Below, in pieces: positions 14,800 through 27,383 of a DNA stretch of 64,000 bases (its first letter is position 1; every line of letters starts with the position of its first letter). Under the pieces are notes generated by a model that ran no database searches, was not told the origin of the DNA, and was given only the letters and a program-made list of their open reading frames with translations. Origin of the DNA: Eledone cirrhosa (taxonomy: Eukaryota); assembly GCA_964016885.1 (NCBI GenBank), contig OZ024763.1:2728001-2792000 (forward strand), given 5' to 3'. The position numbers and the translations under genes are program-made.

Positions 14800-14853
<54 letters not shown>

Positions 14854-14949
14854 TATCTCTACCTTAATCTCTCTCTGTTTCTATCTATCACTTTCTCTAT
14901 TTCTATGACTCTATCTATATATATCTCTCTCTCTCTCTCATCTTTTCAG

Positions 14950-15024
14950 ATGTTTGAGTTGTTGGAGAGGATGCAAAGTGACAGAATCAACAACCAAAGA
15001 TGTGACATGGCAACATTTCATAAG
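14950..15024 (+). CDS. Rap1GAP: Rap1GAP-family exon: GoLoco motif 1 (MFELLERMQSDRINNQRCDMATFHK)
   Basis: tttcag acceptor, AAG|GTAACT donor, 75 nt phase 0-0; matches GoLoco pattern F..L.R.QS.R[IL]xxQR. Confidence 0.85.
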
Positions 15025-15062
15025 GTAACTCTTTTATTTTTAAATCGATTACTCTCCTTTAT

Positions 15063-15181
<119 letters not shown>

Positions 15182-15191
15182 TATATATATA

Positions 15192-15341
15192 CTAGCTGAG
15201 GTACCCGGTAATACCCGGGAGCAGGGGGTATTCCCAGTTCCCATTAAAATGCCCAATGCCTCTCAGATCAAAAATGAAATCAAAATATAGGACAGATAAT
15301 GAAAAGCGAAGACAAATTCATTTACGAAACAATAATACAAA
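15192..15341 (-). mobile_element. Helitron 3' fragment
   Basis: Reverse complement of 50450-50600. Confidence 0.7.
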
Positions 15342-15509
15342 AGAGTTACGGCCCTTGCCATTCTGAGATCAAATCCCGCCGAGGTTAACTAGAGTTAAAT
15401 AAAGGTCGATTAAATAAAGTACCAGTAATACACTGGGATAATTGCTGGCCTTGTGCCAAAAGTAGAAACAATTATATTGCATCATATTTTCTATTTTGTT
15501 GTATTACAG

Positions 15510-15710
15510 AAGGCATCCAACAACAACACCCCAGTAACTAACAGTTCTAGTACTGGTCAGATATCCACTGGAATAACTACTAAAGTCCAGTCGCCATCAC
15601 TAGGAGACATGTCCCACACATCAAACAGTAGTAGTAGTTCAACTACTACTACTACTACTACTACTACAAATAACACTGTTCCAGATAACCAGAAATCCAG
15701 AAAAGAAGGG
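15510..15710 (+). CDS. Rap1GAP: Rap1GAP-family exon: Ser/Thr/Asn-rich linker (KASNNNTPVTNSSST...QKSRKEG)
   Basis: tacag acceptor (NAGNAG), GGG|GTAAGT donor, 201 nt open frame, phase 0-0. Confidence 0.75.
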
Positions 15711-15943
15711 GTAAGTAATATATTGATTTATTTGAGAGAGAGAGAGAGAAATAAAAAAGGGGTTTGTCTAACTTTGAGATATTTTAGGGGACATAGAGTA
15801 AAGACACATTCTTGTTTTAAGGAATACATATAAAAATAAGAAACTCATGGTTAGAACAGTCATCAAAGCAGATAAATGTTTATGAAAACATTTTACTAGT
15901 TTCAGAGCTGATGCAGGTGAAGGTCATCATCATCATCATCAGT

Positions 15944-15978
<35 letters not shown>

Positions 15979-16381
15979 TATCATTATCATCATCATCATC
16001 GTTTTACATCCATCTTCCACGCTAGCATGGGTTAGACGTTTTTGTTTCATTTTTTGATGCAGGATTGGTCGGGAGACCATGTCTCGCTTGTACGTAAGTG
16101 TCTCTGGCAGGCTTTCTACGGCTGGATGCCCTTCCTAACACCAACCACGTTTACAGTGTGGACTGGGAGCCGATTTACTGTGTCTCCTACACAGTGGACG
16201 GAAATGTGAGGTTGGGGCAGGGTGTGTATTGGGTTATGAGTGCCTACTGACTAGGTTTGTATGCAAGGGAAGGTGTGTGTGTAAACTTATCTTGTACATC
16301 ACCTTTCTTTATTTCCTTCTTCCAGTCACCTCTACACACCAACACACTTCTCCTGGTCCTCCTCCTCTTTCAATCTTTTCT

Positions 16382-19157
16382 ATATATCATCTACCTGTCA
16401 CCCACCCTGCAGATTGTCTCTCTGTTGACCATTGGCCATTGGTCTTTGTCCTCTGAGACATATATCATCTACCTGTCACCCACCTTGTGGATTGTCACTC
16501 TGTTGACCACTGGCCACTGGTCTGTCCTCTGACACATTATATTTCATCTACCTGTCACCCACCTTGTGGATTGTCTCTCTGTTGACCACTGGCCACTGGT
16601 CTGTCCTCTGAGACATTATATATCATCTGCCTGTCACCCACCTTGTGGATTGTCTCTCTGTTGACCACTGGCCACTGGTCTGTCCTCTGAGACATTATAT
16701 ATCATCTGCCTGTCACCCACCTTGTGGATTGTCTCTCTGTTGACCACTGGCCTGTCCTCTGAGACATTATATATCATCTGCCTGTCACCCACCTTGTGGA
16801 TTGTCACTCTGTTGACCACTGGCCACTGGCCTGTCCTCTGAGACATTATATATCATCTGCCTGTCACCCACCTTGTGGATTGTCACTCTGTTGACCACTG
16901 GTCTGTCCTCTGAGACATTATATATCATCTGCCTGTCACCCACCTTGTGGATTGTCTCTCTGTTGACCACTGGTCTGTCCTCTGAGACATTATATATCAT
17001 CTGCCTGTCACCCACCTTGTGGATTGTCACTCTGTTGACCACTGGCCACTGGTCTGTCCTCTGAGACATTATATATCATCTGCCTGTCACCCACCTTGTG
17101 GATTGTCTCTCTGTTGACCACTGGCCACTGGTCTGTCCTCTGAGACATTATATATCATCTGCCTGTCACCCACCATGTGGATTGTCTCTCTGTTGACCAC
17201 TGGCCACTGGTCTGTCCTCTGAGACATTATATATCATCTGCCTGTCACCCACCTTGTGGATTGTCTCTCTGTTGACCACTGGCCACTGGCCTGTCCTCTG
17301 AGACATTATATATCATCTGCCTGTCACCCACCTTGTGGATTGTCTCTCTGTTGACCACTGACCACTGGTCTCTGTCCTCTGAGACATCATATATCATATG
17401 CCTGTCACCCACCATGTGGATTGTCTCTCTGTTGACCACTGGCCACTGGTCTGTCCTCTGAGACATTATATATCATCTGCCTGTCACCCACCTTGTGGAT
17501 TGTCTCTCTGTTGACCACTGGCCACTGGTCTGTCCTCTGAGACATTATATATCATCTGCCTGTCACCCACCTTGTGGATTGTCTCTCTGTTGACCACTGG
17601 CCACTGGTCTGTCCTCTGAGACATTATATATCATCTGCCTGTCACCCACCTTGTGGATTGTCTCTCTGTTGACCACTGGCCACTGGTCTGTCCTCTGAGA
17701 CATTATATATCATCTGCCTGTCACCCACCTTGTGGATTGTCTCTCTGTTGACCACTGGCCACTGGTCTGTCCTCTGAGACATTCTATATCATCTGCCTGT
17801 CACCCACCTTGTGGATTGTCTCTCTGTTGACCACTGGCCACTGGTCTGTCCTCTGAGACATTATATATCATCTGCCTGTCACCCACCTTGTGGATTGTCT
17901 CTCTGTTGACCACTGGCCTGTCCTCTGAGACATTATATATCATCTGCCTGTCACCCACCTTGTGGATTGTCTCTCTGTTGACCACTGGCCACTGGCCTGT
18001 CCTCTGAGACATTATATATCATCTCCCTGTCACCCACCTTGTGGATTGTCTCTCTGTTGACCACTGGCCACTGGTCTGTCCTCTGAGACATTATATATCA
18101 TCTCCCTGTCACCCACCTTGTGGATTGTCTCTCTGTTGACCACTGGCCACTGGTCTGTCCTCTGAGACATTATATATCATCTGCCTGTCACCCACCTTGT
18201 GGATTGTCTCTCTGTTGACCACTGGCCACTGGTCTGTCCTCTGAGACATTATATATCATCTGCCTGTCACCCACCTTGTGGATTGTCTCTCTGTTGACCA
18301 CTGGCCACTGGTCTGTCCTCTGAGACATTATATATCATCTGCCTGTCACCCACCTTGTGGATTGTCTCTCTGTTGACCACTGGCCACTGGTCTGTCCTCT
18401 GAGACATTATATATCATCTGCCTGTCACCCACCTTGTGGATTGTCTCTCTGTTGACCACTGGCCACTGGTCTGTCCTCTGAGACATTCTATATCATCTGC
18501 CTGTCACCCACCTTGTGGATTGTCTCTCTGTTGACCACTGGCCACTGGTCTGTCCTCTGAGACATTATATATCATCTGCCTGTCACCCACCTTGTGGATT
18601 GTCTCTCTGTTGACCACTGGCCTGTCCTCTGAGACATTATATATCATCTGCCTGTCACCCACCTTGTGGATTGTCTCTCTGTTGACCACTGGCCACTGGC
18701 CTGTCCTCTGAGACATTATATATCATCTCCCTGTCACCCACCTTGTGGATTGTCTCTCTGTTGACCACTGGCCACTGGTCTGTCCTCTGAGACATTATAT
18801 ATCATCTCCCTGTCACCCACCTTGTGGATTGTCTCTCTGTTGACCACTGGCCACTGGTCTGTCCTCTGAGACATTATATATCATCTGCCTGTCACCCACC
18901 TTGTGGATTGTCTCTCTGTTGACCACTGGCCTGTCCTCTGAGACATTATATATCATCTGCCTGTCACCCACCTTGTGGATTGTCTCTCTGTTGACCACTG
19001 GCCACTGGTCTGTCCTCTGAGACATTATATATCATCTGCCTGTCACCCACCTTGTGGATTGTCTCTCTGTTGACCACTGACCACTGGTCTCTGTCCTCTG
19101 AGACATTATATATCATCTACCTGACACCCACCTTGTGGATTGTCTCTCTGTTGACCA
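16382..19157. repeat. 79/72-bp minisatellite (~35 copies)
   Basis: Unit ATATCATCTGCCTGTCACCCACCTTGTGG...; 72-bp variant lacks one CCACTGG. Confidence 0.97.
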
Positions 19158-19379
19158 AGAATTGTTACTCCAAAGACCCTTCAGAGAAATCCCATTTCAG
19201 CCGCTTGTATTCACAATTGTATTCTTTCAGTCATTACCCAAGATTCATGACCATAGGTAAGGGTTGGCACAAATACTGATGAATTGAAGACAACGAGTTT
19301 GGTTTTTACACCTACCTCCCTTCTGATGATCATAGGGTTAGGGTTGGTACAGATGCTGAATTAAAGATACTGAGTTTGG

Positions 19380-19905
19380 CTTTTACACCAACCTCCCTAC
19401 TTCTGCTGACCAAAACCGAATGCTGAAGCTGGCACATTACTGCACCAGCTCCTGCAGTTTATTTAGTTTTTACACCAATCTCCCTTCTTCTGATAACCAA
19501 GAACTGAAGCTGGCACATTACTGCACCAGTTCCTGCAGTTTATTTGGCATTGCACACCAACCTCCCTTCTTTTGATAACCAAGAACTGAAGCTGGCACAT
19601 TACTGCACCAGTTCCTGCAGTTTATTTGGCATTGCACACCAACCTCCCTTCTTCTGATAACCAAGAACTGAAGCTGGCACATTACTGCACCAGTTCCTGC
19701 AGTTTATTTGGCATTGCACACCAACCTCCCTTCTTTTGATAACCAAGAACTGAAGATGGTGCATTACTGCACCAGTTCCTGCAGTTTATTTGGCATTGCA
19801 CACCAACCTCCCTTCTTCTGATAACCAAGAACTGAAGATGGTGCATTACTGCACCAGCTCCTGCAGTTTATTTGGTTTTTACACCTACCTCCCTTCTTCT
19901 GCTGA
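19380..19905. repeat. 82-bp tandem repeat (~6 copies)
   Basis: GAACTGAAGCTGGCACATTACTGCACCAG... periodicity. Confidence 0.92.
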
Positions 19906-21084
19906 CCTTAGAGTAAGTGTCAGCACAAATGCCGAATTGAAGATAGCAAGTTTGGCTTTCCCTTCTCTTTCCAAATGTGTTTTCCATAGAAAACCGAAAT
20001 AATGTAACAGGATTTCACACTTAAAACTGATCAATTCTGAGAAGATATACTTTCTCTTAGAAAAGGAGAGACAACACAGAAAAAGTTTGGGATTGTCATT
20101 GTTGCTGTAAAGTAGTTGTGGTTTTGAGTGGTTTGTGGGATTGGTGGTGGTTGTGGTGGTGGTAGTGAAGTTGGCGGTGGTGGTGTCATTGAATGTAGAG
20201 TGCAAGTGATGGTGGTGATGGTGGTATTATTGAATGTAGAGTGCAAGTGATGGTGGTGGTGGTGGTGGTGATGGTGGTATTATTGAATGTAGAGTGCAAG
20301 TGGAGATGGTGGTAGTAGCGGTGCTTGGTGGTGGTGTAGTAGTAGTAGTAGTGATGGTGGTGGTAATAGTAGTGATGGTGATTGTGATGGTGGTAGTATT
20401 ACAATGATGCTGTTGAATAACAAATGCATTGTTTCTTTAGTGTGTCTCTATATTGTTGTTTTTGTCGTTGTTGTCGTCTAAACACCACCAAAGCTGCCAT
20501 CTTTCTGTGTTATTTACTCCGGATCAGAGGAAAATGGCTGCCATTATATTGGACATATTGAAATATAGTGGGTATATTATTCAATGATAGATAAATATTT
20601 ACATTTGTATCTGTATAATATATATATATATGTGTGTGCATATCTGTATATATATATATATAGAGAGTATTTTCCTGTATGTATATACACATACATGCAT
20701 ACCCATACATACACATATATATATATGTATGCACACACACACATATGTATACATAGACACACACACACATACATATATATTGTATACATATATACATACA
20801 CACATATATACACACACACATATATATATATATACAGATACACACACATATATATTGAGATTGTCCAATAGGAAGTTTATATATATATATATATATATAT
20901 ATAGTTTTATAAATATAGTTTCCATTTGTTAATATCGTATTTTTACTCCAATTATTTGTTGAGTGTTTTATATCAGTTATAAAAATATTTGCTTGTTGTA
21001 TCCCAACAATTTAAATAGAACTTCTACATATATATATATATATATATATATTTAAGATCAAAAGATGGTTAAAAGAGTTCCATG

Positions 21085-21147
21085 TATTTTATTATGCGCA
21101 TTTCAAAAACAAATATCATCATGCGATGACATTTGCGTTTTCGTCAG
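21085..21147 (-). ncRNA. Hammerhead ribozyme copy (CUGACGA core), 5' strand of stem I lost
   Basis: Homologue of the 10561 element; stem II substitutions keep pairing (G-U/A-U swaps). Confidence 0.65.
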
Positions 21148-21222
21148 TCCTACAAACTGTAGAGTGCTACTTATCCGATATCTGCATTGCTTTATTGTAC
21201 TACAATAAAACTCACCTCCTAC

Positions 21223-21251
<29 letters not shown>

Positions 21252-21256
<5 letters not shown>

Positions 21257-21715
21257 CAGGAAAGAAGGTTTACATGGTTTGCTATACAAAAAAGTTTTTA
21301 ATCACATAGCTTACATTTGTTTCACTGAACTGGTATGTCTAGAGATCGCTATCCGCTTAATTTTGCGTTACTCGATCGCCAATACAGAATTATAACTGAC
21401 TGGTTATAATTCTGTATTGGCGATCGAGTAACGCAAAATTAAGCGGATAGCGATCTCTAGACATACCAGTTCAGTGAAACAAATGTAAGCTATGTGATTA
21501 AAAACTTTTTTGTATAGCAAACCATGTAAACCTTCTTTCCTGATTTATTATTACTCCAAGTGTTTACAACATAGGAATTACAGCATACCCGCAGCATCAC
21601 TATGAAAACGCCTTGTTGAGTCAAACCAAGCCAAGCGTTAATATCATCCACTACCTGGAATACCATAACTGGACTTCACCTAAGTGGACTGCTTTTAACT
21701 ATTATTTGTTAATCC
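21252..21715. mobile_element. (TA)n-inserted element with perfect 145-bp inverted repeat (21252-21547)
   Basis: Arms 21252-21396 and 21403-21547 are exact reverse complements; single-arm homologues at 40802-40912 and 41011-41130. Confidence 0.7.
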
Positions 21716-21820
21716 GTATATATATATATAAACTTCCTATTGGACAATCTCAATAACAAGTTTTCCTCAATTGTTTTGTGTGTATAAATATATATATGTA
21801 TATATGTGTGTGCATGTAAG

Positions 21821-21873
<53 letters not shown>

Positions 21874-22650
21874 TTATATATATATATATGTATGCAGGAT
21901 ATATATATTTTTTCTTATTGGATCAACCAGATTGTAGAAGTAAGTTTTTCTCAACTCTTTTATACTCTTAAAAACCAAAGTGGTTCTAATTGGGAGATGC
22001 TTTTCCTTGTATATACACCCATGCATATATACAGCCTCCCACACACACTTATATACATCCTCCTGCATATAGATAAGATCATCATCATCATCATCGTTTA
22101 ATGTCTATCTTCCACGCTAGCATGGGATTAGACGGGATTTTTCCCACTTGAGGCAAGATTTCTCGGGAGACCATGACTCGCTCGTATGGGACTGAGATAT
22201 ATATATATATGTATGTATGTATGTATATATAACCTCTGTTTATCTATTTATCTTGCCACACTTGCACGGATATATATATATGTGAGCATCATCTTTTCCA
22301 ATCTTTTCCATATATATAGACGCACACCACACATACACACACACACACATATATATATATACACATACACACACACATACACCACACATATCCCATCATT
22401 GGGTTCAAGTCACAGTAATTTGAATCTGTTGTCATAATTTAACTAAAACTATATACCGCAGCATGTTAAGTAATATATATCCTGAGAGAAATATATTGTT
22501 TACCGTAAGTTAATTCTTATTTCTACACATGGTCTATATATTTTAATTATATTTTCAGTATGTAATATTATTCCTTATATATATATATCATTATCATCAT
22601 CATCATCATCGTTTAACATCCATCTTCCATGCTAACATGGGTTGGATATA

Positions 22651-22721
<71 letters not shown>

Positions 22722-23415
22722 CAGAGTGTTGAAGCACAAATTTAAATAATTTTGAAAACCATACAATCATCATCATCATCATGCATTAGAAAATTAAAAT
22801 TGCCAAAATAACAATAAAATCTTACCTTAGCAAATTTAATAATGGAATTGATAAACTTGCTAAGATAAGATTCTATTGTTATCTTGGCAATTTTTAATTT
22901 TCTTTCTAGTGTATTGTATGGTTTTCAAAATTATCAAAATTTGTTGATTATTAAAGAGTGTTGACTTAAAAGTTCATAGGCTGACCAAGATACTCTCATG
23001 GAATGACCAAATGTGTCTTCTTTTGCAACATAATCCCTGGAAAGAAACAATGTAGTTATTAATAAAAGAGTTAGAATTAATACATGCAAGATTTCACAGC
23101 TCTAGCATCATTCTTTCATAGGCTGGGCAAGATACTCTCATGGAATAACCAAATGAGGTTTATTTATCGACATAGTCCCTAGAAAGAATCAATGCAGTTA
23201 TAAATAAGATATTAGATGCTGATGATATATGTAAGTCAGCACACACACATATATACAGAAATAGATATACACACACACATATATACAGAAATAGATATAC
23301 ACACACATATAGACATACATATTTTTGAAATTCTTTTTCTTCTATAATCTTGACATTTCTTCTGACATTACATATATTGTGTGTTAATGTTACAAATATA
23401 TATACACACACACAC

Positions 23416-23462
<47 letters not shown>

Positions 23463-23491
23463 TATATATATAGTAGTATATATATATATAT

Positions 23492-23536
<45 letters not shown>

Positions 23537-23808
23537 TATATATATATATACACACACACATATATATATATATACACACACAAACACACATATATATATA
23601 TATATACACACACACATATATATATATATATATACACACACACATATATATATATATATACACACACATATATATATATATATATATACACATATAAATG
23701 TATATATATATATATACATACACACACATACATACAGGCATACATATATACACACACAGATATATATATATGTACACACACATATATACACACATACGTA
23801 CACACACA

Positions 23809-23850
<42 letters not shown>

Positions 23851-23917
23851 CATACACACACACACACACACATATATAGATATACATACACACACACACA
23901 TACAGATGTATATATAT

Positions 23918-23968
<51 letters not shown>

Positions 23969-23976
23969 TACATACA

Positions 23977-24069
23977 CAGGGTGTCCTCAAAAAATGTATA
24001 CATATTTTGATTACCTGTACGGGTTTAGAATCCTTTTGAAGGGTGTATACATTTTTGGGGGACACCCTG
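23977..24069. mobile_element. Tc1/mariner-type mini-MITE (CAGGGTGTCC termini); related copies 8485-8565 and 8873-8955
   Basis: ~25-30 bp TIRs CAGGGTGTCC..AAAAATGTATACA; three copies, all inside microsatellites. Confidence 0.7.
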
Positions 24070-24144
24070 TATATACATATATACATATATACATATATAC
24101 ATATATACACACACACACACACATACCACACACACACACACACT

Positions 24145-24181
<37 letters not shown>

Positions 24182-25371
24182 ACACACTCTCACACACACA
24201 TACCACACACACACATACCACACACACACACACACACACACACTCACTCACACACACACACACACACACATACACACACACTAACACACACACACTCACA
24301 CAGGCTCACACATACACAGAGAAGCAGAGTTAGTCTAAATATCATATTCCAGTGACCCAGTATCAAAGTTATCGATTAGTCTGTCTAAGTATACGACATT
24401 AGTCCACACGAGATGACAAGGAAGAACTTCAGCACATCAAACACTTTCAAAGGTCTCGCTCTCCTCCAAGCATGTCTAACACTTCTTAATATTTAAAGTC
24501 TACTTGTTAATGTCGCAGCATTTACAAAGTCTGCTCTCTTGACTTGCTAGAATTAGCAGCCAATCCTCCTTCAAATCATTCTCTACGGTATTAAATGATT
24601 CGTTGCTATATTTCCAAGTCTTCTTGTCATCTGATCTCTATCAAAACACCCCCCCGTCCCACCACCTCCACCCCATCCACACCACCCCTTTCAATGTAAA
24701 GTTATGTTATCCCACAACATCCAGGCCGAAACAAATGAGGTCGTGTAGGTGTCACGACAAAAAACCACACAGTCCACACTGTAATGTGGTCGTGTAGGCA
24801 ACACGGTAAAAACCTCCCAGCCCCACACTGTAAATGTGGTTGGTGTTAGGAAGGGCATCCAGCTGTAGAAAACCCGCCAGACAGTCCACGCTGTAATGTG
24901 GCCGTGTAGGCAACACGGTAAAAACCTCCCAGCCCCACACTGTAAATGTGGTTGGTGTTAGGAAGAGCATCCAGCTGTAGAAAACCCGCCAGACAGTCCT
25001 ATGCGAGCAAGACAACCACTCTTGCCTCAAGTGGGAAAACCCCCGTCCAAACCCATGCAAGCGTGGAACACGGACGCTAAACCTGATGATGATGATGATG
25101 ATGATGATGTTAGAGAGAGAGAGATCGAGAGGCCTGTGGCTTGATGGTTAGAGTGTCAGGCTTGCAGTCATGAAGTTGTGAGTTCGATTCCCAGACTGGG
25201 TTTTGCGTTGTGTTCTTGAGCAAGACACTTTATTTCACATTGCTCCAGTCCACTCAGCTGTGATGTCACTGGTGCCAAGTTGTATTGGCCATTGCCTTTC
25301 TCTTGGACAACATCATGTATAGTGTATAATGTATATATATAGTATGTATATATAATGTATATATATACACA

Positions 25372-25738
25372 TGGCTCAGTGGTTAGAGCATTGGCCTTGC
25401 AATCGAAAGGTTGTGAGTTCAATTCTCAGACCGGGTGATGTGTTGTTTCCTTGAGCAAGACACTTTATTTCACATTGCTCCAGTTTACTCAGCTGTAGAA
25501 ATGAGATGATAGGGACTGGGGTCCATATCATTCCACTGCAAAGTGGTCGTGGAGGTGCCACGGCAAAAAAGCACCCAGCACTCACTGTAAATGAGGTTGG
25601 TGTTAGGAAGGGCATCCAGCTGTAGAAAACCTGCCTATACGAGCGAGACACGGTCAGCCGGCCAATCTTACCTCAAGTGGGACAATTCCCGTCTAACCCA
25701 TGCTAGCGTGGAAGATAGACGTTAAATGATGCTGATGA
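25372..25738 (+). mobile_element. tRNA-headed SINE family B with RTE-derived tail; copies ~7085-7400(-), 33605-33935(-), 41252-41585(+), partial 25130-25310, 55650-55785(-)
   Basis: GGCTCAGTGGTTAGAGC..GAGTTCAATTCTC head; tail similar to the RTE 3'UTR at 26590-26860; (GAT)n end. Confidence 0.85.
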
Positions 25739-26209
25739 GCATATATAATGTATATATGTGTTGCGACGTCACTGGTGCCAAGCTGTATCAGCCATTGTCT
25801 TTCATTTGGACAACATCATGTATAGTGTATAATGTATATATGTATATATAATGTATACAATTTTGGTACCCTTAAAATATATATAATAGAATAAATATGG
25901 TTTTATAAATATAGTTTCCATTTATTTAATATCATTGAATATTATACTCCAGAAAACCTGTTGAGTGCTCTGAATCAGTTATAAACATTTATATTTGTTG
26001 AATTACCAACAAATTGAATATCCCTTCTGCTTATATATAATGTATATATATTTTATATATAGCATATATAGTGTGTATATGTGTTGCGACATCTCTGGTG
26101 CTAAGCTGTATATGACCATTGCCTTTCCCTTGGACAATATGGGTGACTGCTGGTCTTCCACAGGACTTGTGCTTCAGAGGAGAACTTTAGTTATATATAT
26201 ATATATATA

Positions 26210-26862
26210 CGAAGCCTGCATGCTCCGATGGATGTGTAACAGTAATATACGTGAACGACAAAGCATAAATGAATTGAGAGAGAGACTGAGCATAAGAGGA
26301 ATCAAATGCTGCGTGCAGGAGAGGCGGTTACGCTGGTATGGACATGTGATGCGTATGAAGGATGACAGCTGCATAAAAAGGTGCAGAGCACTAGAAGTTG
26401 ATGGAAACCGCGGAGTGGGGAGACCCAAGATGACTTGGGATGAGGTGATAAAAGCCGACCTTACCCAACTACACCTCTCAAAGTCAATGACACACGACCG
26501 TGACTTCTGGCGTCACGCAGTAATACAGGGTACCCGACCTCCCATGGGTACAAGCTGAAGCATATAAACAATATGCCCCCCCCCCCCCCACCGCAAGGTG
26601 GTCGTGGAGGTGCCACGGCAAAAAAGCACCCAGCCCACACTGTAAAGTGGACGTGTAGGCGCCACGAAAAAGCACCCAGCATTCACTGTAAATGAGGTTG
26701 GTGTTAGGAAGGGCATCCAGCTGTAGAAATCAAGCCAGATCAGTTCCTGTATGAGCAAGGCATGGTCAGCCGACCAGACACTGCCCACAACAGGACAACC
26801 CGTCTAACCCATGCTAGCGTGGAAGAACGGACGTAAAACGGTGATGATGATGATGATGATGA
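26210..26862 (+). mobile_element. RTE-clade LINE 3' end with 3'UTR and (GAT)n tail
   Basis: MLRWMC...RRLRWYGHVMRM...GRPKMTW C-terminal RTE motif followed by tail shared with SINEs. Confidence 0.85.
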
Positions 26863-26883
26863 TATATATATATATATATATAT

Positions 26884-27075
26884 ATATAGAAGAGCTTCTA
26901 CAGGACTAGAACTGTTTCATTCGTGAGAAATCATCAGGAAGCCCCTGATGATTTCTTACGAATGAAACAGTTCTAGTCCTGTAGAAGCTCTTCTATATTA
27001 AAACATTTATACTCTGGTATGTATTGAGTACCTTACTTACTGTGGTTACCTCCGATTCAACCCGGAATAACTTAT
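26884..27075. mobile_element. Fold-back element in (TA)n with head-to-head hammerhead-like cores (Penelope-like terminal-repeat relic)
   Basis: ~50 bp inverted arms 26884-26998 each containing CTGATGA..GAAAC..GTC; tail recurs at 60025-60113. Confidence 0.6.
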
Positions 27076-27312
27076 ATATATATATATAATAATAATAATA
27101 ATTGTTTCTACTTTAGGCACAAGGCCAGCAATTACCCAGTGCATTACTGGTACTTTATTTTATCGACCCCGTAAGGATGAAAGGCAAAGTCAACCTCGGC
27201 GGGATTTGAACTTAGATCGTAAAGGGACGTAACTATGCTGGAAAGCATGGCGTCCGACCCTCTACCAATACTGCCAATCCACCAAAGATAGTTACTTTAG
27301 ATCATCTCTATT

Positions 27313-27383
27313 TATCTTGTTATACATATTTCAAAGATGTAAGGTATAACATAATCCAAAACATGTTCTCATCAGACAAAATA
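27313..27383 (-). ncRNA. Minimal type I hammerhead ribozyme
   Basis: Minus: UAUUUUGU-CUGAUGA-stem II-GAAA-UAUGUA-UA-ACAAGAUA; stem I has a compensatory G-C pair relative to the 10561 copy. Confidence 0.78.

Noticed and set aside
25372-25445. tRNA-like sequence
   Set aside because: Head of a multi-copy SINE; no complete cloverleaf or terminator
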